Positions 39,001 to 47,622 of a stretch of 64,000 bases of DNA are shown here, piece after piece. Numbering within the stretch: position 1 is the stretch's first letter; every line of letters begins with the position of its first letter. A model generated the notes under the pieces. It was not told the origin of the DNA and made no database searches. It worked only from the letters and a program-made list of their open reading frames with translations. The position numbers and the translations under genes were made by a program. The DNA is from Callorhinchus milii (Eukaryota), in contig NW_024704749.1 in NCBI RefSeq assembly GCF_018977255.1, forward strand, positions 10,106,001-10,170,000, read 5' to 3'.

Positions 39001-42000
39001 GGTGAAACCTTCTGCGCAATGTCTGTGCCAAGGAAACGGGTCTGGGAACTGATTCCAGCTCTTGATTCCAACACAAACATGATGGCTCAAAGGGTAGCCA
39101 TCCGCCTGTGTTGTGAACGTCACTCATGTTTATTTTCCTTTTCCAGAGGAAACGCAGGACATCCAGGAGAGGATAGCAGAGAGTTTTAAATCATTATTAG
39201 AACAATTACAAGGTAAGACTGAGTTGCCTGCGAATGTTCCCAACGTTGCACTTTCTAGCAGTTTTGTACTTTTCAAGTCGTGATTCTGTTTTGAAACCGT
39301 TTGTTGCTGAGGGGCGTAGGTTGTGTTAGCACCGATTGACGGAGCTCAGTGTGAACAGGATGAGAAACCGGAAATTGGTTCATTTGGTAAATTGTTTTTT
39401 CTCGGTAATTAATTGAAGATGGAATTAAGAAGTTTTGAAATTCGGCGATCTTAAGTTGTGGGACTGTCATCTTAAAGCTGAGACCGTGAGGAATTTCAGG
39501 CCTCTGGTGCTGTGCGACTAGTCTCTGATGGTGGCTGGTAGGTTTATTCAACAGCTCCTCACTTAGGGTTGGGACGTCCTCTCGACGTGAAAGACACTGT
39601 GCAAATGTTATTTTGTCTTGTGATGGGTTCGCTCTCTGAGGTCTAACCAAGCCCTGATCTGCTGTATAAAACAAGAGCATTGCTCTGCAGTGTTGGTGGC
39701 CGAGTGTTTGTAATCTGTTCTCTTTTTCCCCTTTAGAGATATTCAATAAATGTAAAGGGAATTTATTGGAAACTAAAGAAACGGAGTGCAAATCTAGACC
39801 GGAACTTTTAGAATACTTAGTCTTTTTAGTCGAGGTAAGTGCTCGCTGTGCTAGCTATGGTTTTTCTTTAAAAAAAAAACGTTTCCTTTGGTGTGGTTTG
39901 AAATCTTTGCCATTTCTGTTTTTTTAAAGTATAATTAAAAAGTAGTTTGACATTGAATTTCAGGACTTTGTATAGTCCCAAATTCCCTGTTGCAGACTCA
40001 TCAGTTTCAAGATCCTCACGCTCACCTACAAATCACTTTGTGCCCTAACACCCACTTACCTCCTCAAACCTGCTCACAGCCAACTCCTCCGTCTGCCCCT
40101 TCCGCCCAACCATTGCCGGTCTTCTGCACGTCCCTCATCTCCTCCACTCCACCGTCAGTGCCCATACTTTCAGTCACTGTGTCCCAAACCTCTGGAACTC
40201 CCTGCCTCAATATTCTCCGCCTTTCTCCTCTTTGCTCGCACCTCTTCCTCTTCGACTGTTTCACAGAATATATTGTGAAGTGAATTGACCGTATAGTGGG
40301 CGAAACGCGGTAGCCAATTGCGCACAGCAGTGTCCCACATTTAGAAAAATCTTTAAAAATTTCTCCCCGGCTCAGCGTCAGCGTCAGATTCCGGTGTTGT
40401 TCAGCACTCTGAGATGCTACCCCGTGGTGAAGGACTTATGTCAATGTGTTGTTTTGTTGATGGTCCTTTTTTTTGCCTCTTGTTATGAAATGTGATTTGT
40501 CTGTGTTTAATGAATTCTATTCTATGGGCAAAACTATGTGTCCAATGTATTTAACATTGTTAACAATATTTTACAGGACTTGGGAGTCCTGCAGCTCAGT
40601 GGTTAGAGCACTCGCCTTGCAAGCGAGACACCTGGGTTCAATTCCAGGCAGGGCAAAACCATGGGCAAGTTTCCTTACTCCACACCTAATAATAATCCCT
40701 CCAAAAACAATAATAAATTGGTCATTTTCAATCCACGACTGTTTGTGTGCAATTGGCTGCCGGCAAATATACCACACCATATTTGTGTTTCGCCCACAAA
40801 TATAAGGTCAATTCACTTTACAGTCTATTCTGTGAAGCGCTTTGAGACGTCGAGAAGATGTGAAAAGCGCTCTATCAAATGCAAGAATTATTATTTATTA
40901 TTAACACTGCTGGCAGTCAGGTCAGTAACTCGCTGCTGAGCACAGCAGCACAGGAAGATGAGAGGTTTTTGTTGACTAATAGTAATGTTTTTGCTTTATC
41001 AGACTGTTTGCATCATCCTGTGGGTATCGTATTACTGTGGTAACATACTGCGGCCGCTAAAGTCAAGTATACAGAAGAAAAAGAAGAAAAAAAAGGATAT
41101 CAATGTTACAATGGTAAGGATATGAGAGGGGCACGAGTGCTTGAAGGAAGCGAGGAAAATAACTTCTAAATTCCTGCAAGTAATTTGCTGAAGGAATCCG
41201 TTTACTTAGCTTACCTGATCCCTCGAGTTCTCACACAAAAGATCTGAGTGTTCTTAGGCTTGTTATCATTGCCTTCAATTCAGTCTCGGTTTGGAAGCTG
41301 ATCAGCCTTCAAACCAATATTTTTCAAAATGTGGGACACTGCTCACTGTGCGCAATTGACTGCTGTGTTTCGCCGACACAAACTGTACGGTCAATTCACT
41401 TTATAGGATATTTTACGAAACGCTTTGAGACGTTTCAATGACGCGATAAGGCGCTATATCAAATGCAAGAATTATTATTATTATTAACTGGGGACTTTTT
41501 TGGAGGTAGAGGAGGGAGAGGATGAAATGATCTTCATTTTTAAATGCTGGCTTTGTTTTCAAGGTCTCTTAATATTTATTTCCACAGCCGACAGTTTTCA
41601 GCAGCTTCCAAGACTACGTGGCCAGGTTGCAGACCTTCCTATCTGACATTCTCGAGCACCTGAAGGGTTTGGAGGAGACTCTGGCTGCACTGAAATTCAA
41701 TGAGTTGACCCTGGAGGCTTCAGGCATCGAGGTATGAATTGAATAGAGCAATTTGCTGTTGGAGAACTCCACCGAATATATTGCAAAGTGGATGGACTGT
41801 ATTTTGTCAAGGAAATGCAACAGGCAATTGCACACACCCTTCATTTTTTCTAACATAATAATAATAATAGTGGCCCATGGGAGGGAAGTGGACCTCCGAA
41901 TATTTGCACAAGTCTTGGCAAGTTTGATTGGTAGCGTATTTTCAGGGTTTTTTTTCTTTTGATTCATGGTGTAAATCAAGAAAGATTCAATCAAGAAAAT

Positions 42001-43444
42001 GTATTTTGTTTACCAACCTTGAAGATTGGTTTGTGTAAACCATTCTGTCCACGTCTGCATTGGCCCATCTCCATAAATGTTGGCCACCACTGCCCTACAT
42101 CATCAGTGCTACCTGCAGCTCTAAATATATATTTTTTAATGAGCAAAGAGTTTAAATCCACGCTGTCTTGACAGTAGCTTCACATGGTCGAATGTTTTGG
42201 GGAGTTTAAACCATTGTCGCAGTGTTTTTGATTGTAATGGTCAAAGCCTGTCTGCATTATTATTTCAAGTTGGAACCGTGTGAGTAAACAAACACCAGCT
42301 CGCAGTGAGAACAATGCTTGGAGAAGCCTTGAGGCAGAACGCCTTTCTGCTTGACTCTCTGCCAGTGCTTTTAGAAGCTGTGGTCCGTTGATGCACAGAT
42401 AAGGTAGCCATAGAATCACAGATTACGGTACAGGGACCAGCCATTGGTCCACGTCTGCACTTCTCTACGTGGGCCAGTTAATCTAATCCCTCTCGTCTCT
42501 TCGCTTGAGAAAAGAGCACTCTCTTCATCAGCGCTAAACTGTGTTCACTCGGTAAGGTTTGATGGTGGTGAGTGCGTGCTGGAAAGACAGATTAGGGGGT
42601 GTTTGTGAGCCCGGCCTCGTTGGATCATAGTCATCTGACACAGTTGGTCACGGCCTAAGAGCTTGATCTGGAGCCGTTGCTATTTGGCTCAGTAACTCCT
42701 TCCTGCCAGCTGGGGCTCCATTTTCATGCCCACTGTCCAAAACACATAGAGAGCACTCAATGCTTCCACACATTCAACTGAAGAACAGCCATTTCCATTT
42801 GATGCAGCGCCTTATCACGTCATTGAGACGTCTCAAAGCCCTTCGCAGAATATATCGTGAAGTGAATCGACTGCGTATTTTGTGGGCAAAACGCATCGGG
42901 CAATTGTGCACAGCAGCGTCCCCACAAACGGTCGTGGGTTGAGTGATAACCTCGAATGTTGAAGTTGAATTAGGATTTCTGTTAATTTGAGCAGCTTGTG
43001 CTGGGAATGTGGAATTCTCTGCCACAAACCTTATTCTGCGAGAGAGAGAGAGCAGCTCTGAAGCCTGTAAACGACACTAGAACAGGGCCCTCAACTGTTT
43101 GGTTGGTTGGATCTGCTTTCATGCAAAACAAACATCCACGAGTAACTGTCGTCACTGAAAAGACAGAACTGCACTAGTGATGTGGAAAAAAGCTGAATAT
43201 GTTCTCTCTCTCTCTCTCTGTGTCCAGAGCTGCTGCTTTGGTAGTAAAGATAGTGATTATTTCTCATCCGAGGCTGAAGTGGAAGAGGTTACGAAACAAA
43301 GCGTTTTGTTTCTTGTTCCAGGGCGACCAGACATTCTTGCGGATAGTGCGGGGGAAGATCCAGAGCAGCTACCAGCGGTCTTTACAGGAGACCAGCGACC
43401 TGCTGCGGAAACGACTGGACACTGTCAAATCCCTGAAAATCTAA
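18031..43444 (+). CDS. NAA25: N-alpha-acetyltransferase 25, NatB auxiliary subunit (MDM20), full spliced CDS, 24 exons, 972 aa
   Basis: 24 GT-AG exons sum to 2919 nt (972 aa + stop). The protein begins MAARSHVQDPNDRRLRPIYDYLDNGNNK and ends KRLDTVKSLKI*, collinear with human NAA25. Confidence 0.97.
19425..19850 (+). mobile_element. L2 LINE 3' fragment
   Basis: AETLTHTLITFRLD...IEFKILVLIFKALHGLAPSY...APTLWNS. Confidence 0.8.
19912..20020 (-). mobile_element. CR1 LINE fragment
   Basis: RDLIEVFKIIKGFDNV motif of the CR1 ORF2 C-terminus. Confidence 0.75.
21817..22230 (+). mobile_element. DeuSINE-like element (SacSINE1-type), near full length
   Basis: tRNA head GGTTCAGTGGTATCACTCTTGCC; Deu-like GGATGAGATATTAAACCGAGGTCCAGTCTGCCTGTTCAGGTGG...AAAGATCCCATGGCA; shared L2-type tail. 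Family name from memory. Confidence 0.7.
22868..23382. mobile_element. hAT-type MITE with 8-bp target-site duplication
   Basis: TIRs TAGGGATTGCAATC / GATTGCAACCCTG; flanking AGGTGTCA at 22860-22867 and 23383-23390; subterminal ATCCCGGGAT motif. Confidence 0.7.
23392..23740 (+). mobile_element. Degenerate DeuSINE-like element
   Basis: CTAGGCTGACACTGCAGTGCA...GAATGAGATGTTAAAC...CAGGTAAACATTAAAG, similar to 21817-22230. Confidence 0.6.
25839..26428 (+). mobile_element. tRNA-Ala SINE interrupted by an antisense copy of the same family
   Basis: Outer copy at 25839-26098 and 26361-26428; inner 5'-truncated copy on - at 26099-26356. Confidence 0.88.
26607..26975 (+). mobile_element. Full-length tRNA SINE (long-centre subtype)
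   Basis: GGGTTCGATTCCC B box, CTCTGTTTACCTGGCAGTAAG module, tail TCAAATGCAAAGATTATT. Confidence 0.85.
27046..27131 (+). CDS. NAA25: NAA25 exon 2
   Basis: YLDNGNNKMAIQQADKLLKKHRDLHCAK. Confidence 0.95.
27231..27502 (+). mobile_element. tRNA SINE, internally deleted
   Basis: TGTGGAGCCCCGTAGC head, central module and tail. Confidence 0.8.
27602..27740 (+). CDS. NAA25: NAA25 exon 3
   Basis: VLKAIGLQRTGKQDEAF...LYREMHR. Confidence 0.95.
27913..28031 (+). CDS. NAA25: NAA25 exon 4
   Basis: ELVTKLYEAAV...GEYKKMQQ. Confidence 0.95.
28673..28747 (+). CDS. NAA25: NAA25 exon 5
   Basis: AGMALYKIVPKNPYYFWSVMSLVMQ. Confidence 0.95.
28832..29164. mobile_element. hAT/Charlie-like MITE carrying a nested L2 tail (about 28905-28978)
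   Basis: TIRs AAGGTGGTCCAAC / GTTGGACCACCCT and GGCCC subterminal repeats. Confidence 0.7.
30276..30427. repeat. Long inverted repeat (51-bp arms), probable hairpin MITE
   Basis: Arm 30276-30326 matches the reverse complement of 30377-30427 at 48/51 positions. Confidence 0.85.
30575..30682 (+). CDS. NAA25: NAA25 exon 6
   Basis: SISEQDEKLSKTMFLPLAQRMVEKMVKEDKIEAEAE. Confidence 0.95.
30995..31073 (+). CDS. NAA25: NAA25 exon 7
   Basis: VQLYLMILERLRKDQEALEVIRGKLG. Confidence 0.95.
31175..31430 (-). mobile_element. L2 LINE 3' fragment
   Basis: IGGRAFTHYTPKLWNTLP / FRSHLKTSLF. Confidence 0.75.
31533..31644 (+). CDS. NAA25: NAA25 exon 8
   Basis: KLTSELQSREMKCMVLYKKLVKWPECNSLSRKLLLK. Confidence 0.95.
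31830..31919 (+). CDS. NAA25: NAA25 exon 9
   Basis: PDDWQFYLSFFDSLFHLIDEGWTPPAEGE. Confidence 0.95.
32381..32553 (+). CDS. NAA25: NAA25 exon 10
   Basis: SLEGPV...LRGPYLAKLELIRRL...EHKL. Confidence 0.95.
32977..33089 (+). CDS. NAA25: NAA25 exon 11
   Basis: IPEDLMFHYFERFGDRPCCYSDLRIFADLL. Confidence 0.95.
33952..34159 (+). CDS. NAA25: NAA25 exon 12
   Basis: FINKLLEVVPLS...RYKHGLDF. Confidence 0.95.
34358..34447 (+). CDS. NAA25: NAA25 exon 13
   Basis: KSCLKTELQFSDNYCLLAVHVLLDIWNES. Confidence 0.95.
34583..34763 (+). CDS. NAA25: NAA25 exon 14
   Basis: ...LLEETLSHSPSSAQFKLLLIRIYCLLG...LDAKHVQHDTI. Confidence 0.95.
35223..35322 (+). CDS. NAA25: NAA25 exon 15
   Basis: YLLTRYSEPLGHLAAASQACNFTLRFFHSNQKD. 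Confidence 0.95.
36069..36220 (+). CDS. NAA25: NAA25 exon 16
   Basis: TSEYIIQAYKYGAFEKIPEFIAFRNRLNNSLHFAQVR. Confidence 0.95.
37674..37799 (+). CDS. NAA25: NAA25 exon 17
   Basis: LEESIKSMGLCPEDDDIPWDELRDNRDL. Confidence 0.93.
37815..37990 (+). mobile_element. L2 LINE fragment
   Basis: APPYLPDLL / LRS..SGLLLVP..GGCALSHYAPKLWN. Confidence 0.7.
38058..38301 (+). CDS. NAA25: NAA25 exon 18
   Basis: EMSEEE...WLRIRSLTLRL...KTAENGV...IQ. Confidence 0.95.
38857..38980 (+). CDS. NAA25: NAA25 exon 19
   Basis: HLLQRPPPTRL...CQISAF...YELDINGL. Confidence 0.92.
39147..39212 (+). CDS. NAA25: NAA25 exon 20
   Basis: ETQDIQERIAESFKSLLEQLQ. Confidence 0.93.
39737..39834 (+). CDS. NAA25: NAA25 exon 21
   Basis: IFNKCKGNLLE...LLEYLVFLVE. 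Confidence 0.93.
39990..40255 (+). mobile_element. L2 LINE fragment
   Basis: TTCAAGATCCTC...CCCAAACCTCTGGAACTCCCTGCCT, typical of the L2 3' ORF. Confidence 0.6.
40582..40902 (+). mobile_element. tRNA-Ala SINE (short-centre subtype)
   Basis: GGGAGTCCTGCAGCTCAGTGGTTAGAGCACTCGCCTTGCAAGCGAG head; tail with (ATT)n. Confidence 0.88.
41003..41113 (+). CDS. NAA25: NAA25 exon 22
   Basis: TVCIILWVSYYCGNILRPLKSSIQKKKKKKKDINVTM (polylysine stretch). Confidence 0.95.
41330..41486 (+). mobile_element. SINE 3' half
   Basis: GTGCGCAATTGACTGC...GGCGCTATATCAAATGCAAGAATTATT. Confidence 0.75.
41588..41731 (+). CDS. NAA25: NAA25 exon 23
   Basis: PTVFSSFQDYVARLQT...HLKGLE... Confidence 0.93.
42790..42945 (-). 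mobile_element. SINE 3' half
   Basis: Reverse complement of the same SINE 3' half. Confidence 0.75.
43322..43444 (+). CDS. NAA25: NAA25 exon 24 (terminal)
   Basis: GDQTFLRIVRGKIQSSYQRSLQETSDLLRKRLDTVKSLKI*. Confidence 0.95.
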   Translation, partial: GDQTFLRIVRGKIQSSYQRSLQETSDLLRKRLDTVKSLKI

Positions 43445-43663
43445 TAATCTGAGCGGAGGAGGAGTGGGAGTGAAGTGGGGGGAGGGTGGGTGAGGGTGGG
43501 GTGTGTGTGCGGGAGGGAGGGAGAGACCTGAGAAGGACAGCACAGAAACACTGCATCATGTTCTGTGACGCCTTCCTTCCCCCCCCCCCTTCCAGCTGAT
43601 CCAGCGTATTCACCAAGAGAGCATGAAGGACCTTGCGACAAAGAATTTAAAGTGAATTTTTAG

Positions 43664-43681
43664 AATAAAAACATGAATAAA
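43664..43681 (+). terminator. Tandem polyadenylation signals of NAA25
   Basis: AATAAA at 43664-43669 and 43676-43681, followed by T-rich sequence. Confidence 0.65.
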
Positions 43682-43922
43682 TTCTGTACATAAACCCTGG
43701 CGTTTCGAGGCCTTCTCTCAGACAAGGTGGCAATATTTTTTAGAATCTGTTTGCATTTTTTTTTTTTTGCGTAGCTCAAGTGCATGATACGCCAGTCAGT
43801 CAGTCGTTACTCGGGACTTGGAAACGTCAAGTGAAAGTTTGGACTGTGTGTTCTTCTCCTCCGTATTCAAGTGGAACGCACCCACGCTGGACTGAGGTTT
43901 GATTTTGTGGGATGTACAACAA

Positions 43923-43970
43923 GTGTGTGTGTGTGCGAGAGAGAGAGAGAGAGAGAGAGAGATAGTGTGT
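43923..43970 (+). repeat. (GT)n(GA)n compound microsatellite
   Basis: Direct reading. Confidence 0.9.
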
Positions 43971-44274
43971 GTACAGGCTCCGATAAACGAGTATTGTACG
44001 TTCCCTGTGGTTTGTTTATTTGTGGTTTTTATTGACGTATAAAATGTGTTGTCTTATCAGCCAGGCTTTCTGCTCCTAATCAGGAGGTGGATGTGGTTGG
44101 ATGGATGGATGGTGGGGGGGCAAGGGTGGGGGAGTGGGATTGATTTGGGGGGAAATCAGGGCTCAATTTTGGTTCCATTTTTATGGTCAAATTGCCTGCC
44201 TGCTCACACGTGAGGAGGATACTTGAGTGAGTTAATACCAGGCAGTGTGGAACTGTACCGTGGCCTTTGTGACG

Positions 44275-44725
44275 GTGATAGAATTATTACAGCGCAGGAG
44301 GAGGACATTCGGCCCATTGTGTCTGTGCCGGCTCTTTGAAAAGAGTTATCCAAATCAACCCCACTCTCCCCCGCTCTCTCTCCCCACAGCCCTGCAAACT
44401 TGTCCTCCCCAAATAATTATCTGCTTCTCTCTTGAAAGTTGTTATCGAATCGGCTTCCACCAGCCTTTCAGGCAACGCATTCCAGATCTGAACAATTTGC
44501 TGTGAAAAAAAATTCTCAGTGCCTCCTCCCTTCTGTTTCTTTTAACAACTATTTCCTGACCCACCCGCCAGCGGAAATGGTTTCTCTTTGTTCATCCTAT
44601 TGAATCCCCTCATCATTTTGAAAACTTCTATTAAGTCTCCTCTTAGCCTTCACTGCTCCAAGAATAATCCCAGCTTCTCGAGCCTCTCCGCGTAACTGAA
44701 GTCCCTCATTCCTGGTACCATCCTC
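44275..44725 (-). mobile_element. CR1 LINE 3' fragment
   Basis: [19 protein letters not shown] motif; GCTAAGAGGAGACTTAATAGAAGTTTTCAAAATGATG; CR1 3'UTR. Confidence 0.8.
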
Positions 44726-46519
44726 ATGGGGAGAAGTTCTGAGGGTAATCTGGAGCACAGACCCGATTGTGCTGTTAAGATGCCTCTGAATGTTGCAGAG
44801 GCCTGTGTGTCGCTGGTTTACTGACCTCTGGGTCATTTTCCGTGCTTGTTGCCGCTCTCGTCCTGCAGCAGCAGGTCCTGGACATGGGATGGGATCAACC
44901 CTTTCTCCTCTCTTTCCCCCTTCCCCACCCGATACCAAACTAGGAACTATCGTCAGTACCGCAAAGTGTTATCCAGGTAAGGATCAGCTCAGTCCCTGCC
45001 CCTTGGTCTAGTCGTTCAATAATGTAATAATCCTTGGATTTGATACAGCACCTTATCACATCTTTTCGAGACGTCTCCAAGCGCTTCACAGAATATACTG
45101 TAAAGTCCTTGCATTTGATATAGCACTTTGCAATGAAAGGGCACAGGCGTCTGATAACCGTTCATTTATTTCCCGTTGGTTTCAGGAGGTTGATTGGTCT
45201 GAGGAGACTTTTAAGATGCATTGCCGGAAAGTGCACATTGAACAGATGTCAGGTGAGGACAGGATTGGGTTCAAACTGTGACACATGCAGGCTACTAGCA
45301 CTCACTATCTGAATGATCACTTAACATTACCCAACATCTGTGGTGACCCAGGACATGTTGGTACTTTGAAAGGGTGGGATAAAGACGAGAACCACTGCAA
45401 ATACCATTTTGTTAACCGGAACCTCTCAGTATTTGGAAGTTGATTTGTTTCAGATTGCACGGACCTGACTTACAGCATATGTAGGAGTCGAAACCTGGGT
45501 CAAATGTTGTACTGGAATGAGCGAAGCCACAGGTTAAATTGGCTGAATTGTATCTATTTATCAAATTACTCGCAATACTGACTGGTCGACCTGTGTAATT
45601 AGATCGTTACCTGCTTGTATACAGAATACCATCAGTTTGAGAGGGAGAACTCTGATTTGTAAGGTTGTTTGCAATAAGAATTTTGAGGCAAGTGTTTTGT
45701 CTCGACGCTGCTGACTGTGGTGTGACATGCGGGTGTTGATGCCTGTGTAGATAGTGAATTCTTTTCTATTTAATGACATTTGTTACTTCAATCCTTTTTG
45801 GATCTCTTACTGTTTTCTACAAAAGATGCAACCACACGATCAGTTTATATATTATTGTATCTTTTAATCCATTTGTAAAAACCAACTGAATTTCTGGAAG
45901 CCGGTTAGCTGCAATATGCGCTTTGTGACGCTAGCTTGCGCGAAGGGACGCTATACAAATTCAAGTTGTTGTTTTAAAACCAAGTAGCCATGTGTCAGCC
46001 TTGACCCTGAGGCAGGTGATTGCAGATCTGTGGAGCTGTAATCTATCCTTTCCCAACGTCCACGCATGCACGCTCTTCAGTCAGGATCCCTGGATAGATA
46101 CCTGGAAGAGCGTCACTTGACTTTGGCCATCAGCAACAAATTACATTTGTATAGCGCCTTTCACGTCAGGAAGACGTCCCAAGGGGATGGACAGTCAGGG
46201 ATTTGGACCCAAGCTGGGGGTTGGGGACAGGGAGAGAGGGAGGGTGCGGGGGTGGGTTAGGAGGGTGACTGAAGAGAAGGGTCGTGAGAAGGGCTTATCA
46301 ATAACACACAGGCACAATGTAGTCTTCTAATGCCTTGGGGACTTGGCACTTTAATCAAATGACTTTCAGGTTTGTATGGATCAGTGATGGTGTCACTTCC
46401 CACTGAGCCCATCTGAGAAGGTGAACACAAAATCATTTACAGTGTCGAGTTTAATTTTTAAACTTAATTAAACTAAAAACAGGTTTTAACCACAGTCACT
46501 GCTGAAAAGCTTTGTTATT

Positions 46520-46525
46520 TTTATT
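46520..46525 (-). terminator. Candidate ERP29 polyadenylation signal
   Basis: AATAAA on - strand, about 600 nt after the ERP29 stop. Confidence 0.5.
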
Positions 46526-46871
46526 TGAAATGTTTTATCCACTTTGGGAGTTTCTCCTCGTATCGTGGCCAATAATTCTCCAAATAAAATTGGGACAACT
46601 CACTTCATGGTTGTTTGTAGGACATTGCTGTGTGCAAATTGGCTGGTCCTTTGGGACTTCAAAATACAGTCACTGGATCTTACGGTAATTTGGGGGAGGG
46701 GATTGGGGCTTGTTAGTGGGGACAACCCTATTCCTTCGTGAAATGTATTTAGTCGAATTTGATTAACGGGGGTGAGCAGAACAGGGCCTAAGTTTGTTCA
46801 CCAAATTTTTAAAAATTTGAGAGGGAAATGGACACCAAAGTGGTTTGTAGCGTCAGTAATGATGTGATTTT

Positions 46872-47055
46872 GAACATAGGAACAGGAGTAGGCCATTCAG
46901 CCCCTCAAGCCTGATCCACCATTCTATTAGATCATGACTCAACTCCAATTGCCCACCTTTGCCCCAGTTCCCTTGTTACCCTGACCTAACAAAAATCTAT
47001 CCACCTCAGTCTTGAAAATTTGAATGGATCCAACATTCACTACCGTTTTGGTGGC
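46872..47055 (-). mobile_element. CR1 LINE 3' end inside the ERP29 3'UTR
   Basis: Reverse complement of GAATGGCCTACTCCTGTTCCTATGTTC. Confidence 0.75.
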
Positions 47056-47119
47056 GAGGAAACAGGTAGATTGTCAGACTTGTGGTGGTTGGTTGGGAGA
47101 GAGGGGAGGGAGGGAATGA

Positions 47120-47622
47120 TCACAGCTCCTCTTTGCTGGAGGCAACACCTTGGAATGAGCTCAGGATGTTCAGCCTCTTATGGAGATCTGACACCTTGGC
47201 CGAGCTCATCTTGCTCTCGCTCAGCATCTTCTTGATCCGCGCCATCTCGTCGGGGACAAACTGACTTCCGTGCGTCAGCACCCGACCCATGATCTTTAGG
47301 TACTGCTCCGCCGATTTCCGCTCGGATTCCTGCACACCCTTCGCCAGCTCCTTCGCTTCCTCCATGATGCTCTGCCGTTCCTCTTCGGAGGAGGAGGTGG
47401 ACAATCTGACCACGAGGGGGTCAAACTCCCGCAGACACCCAGGCATCCCCACCCACACACCCTGGCTCTTCAGCCAGCGCTGGAGGGCCTCTGACACAAT
47501 CTCCCCCGAGTAAGTGACCGGCTTTTCCATATCTCCGTCCACAAACAGCAGATAGGATGGATACTCACTCTTCTCCACCTTGTATTTCTCGCCCAGCTCT
47601 GCATTTTGCTTCTCGCCATAAT
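47120..47622 (-). CDS. ERP29: ERP29 exon 3
   Basis: [21 protein letters not shown]...[17 protein letters not shown]. Confidence 0.96.
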
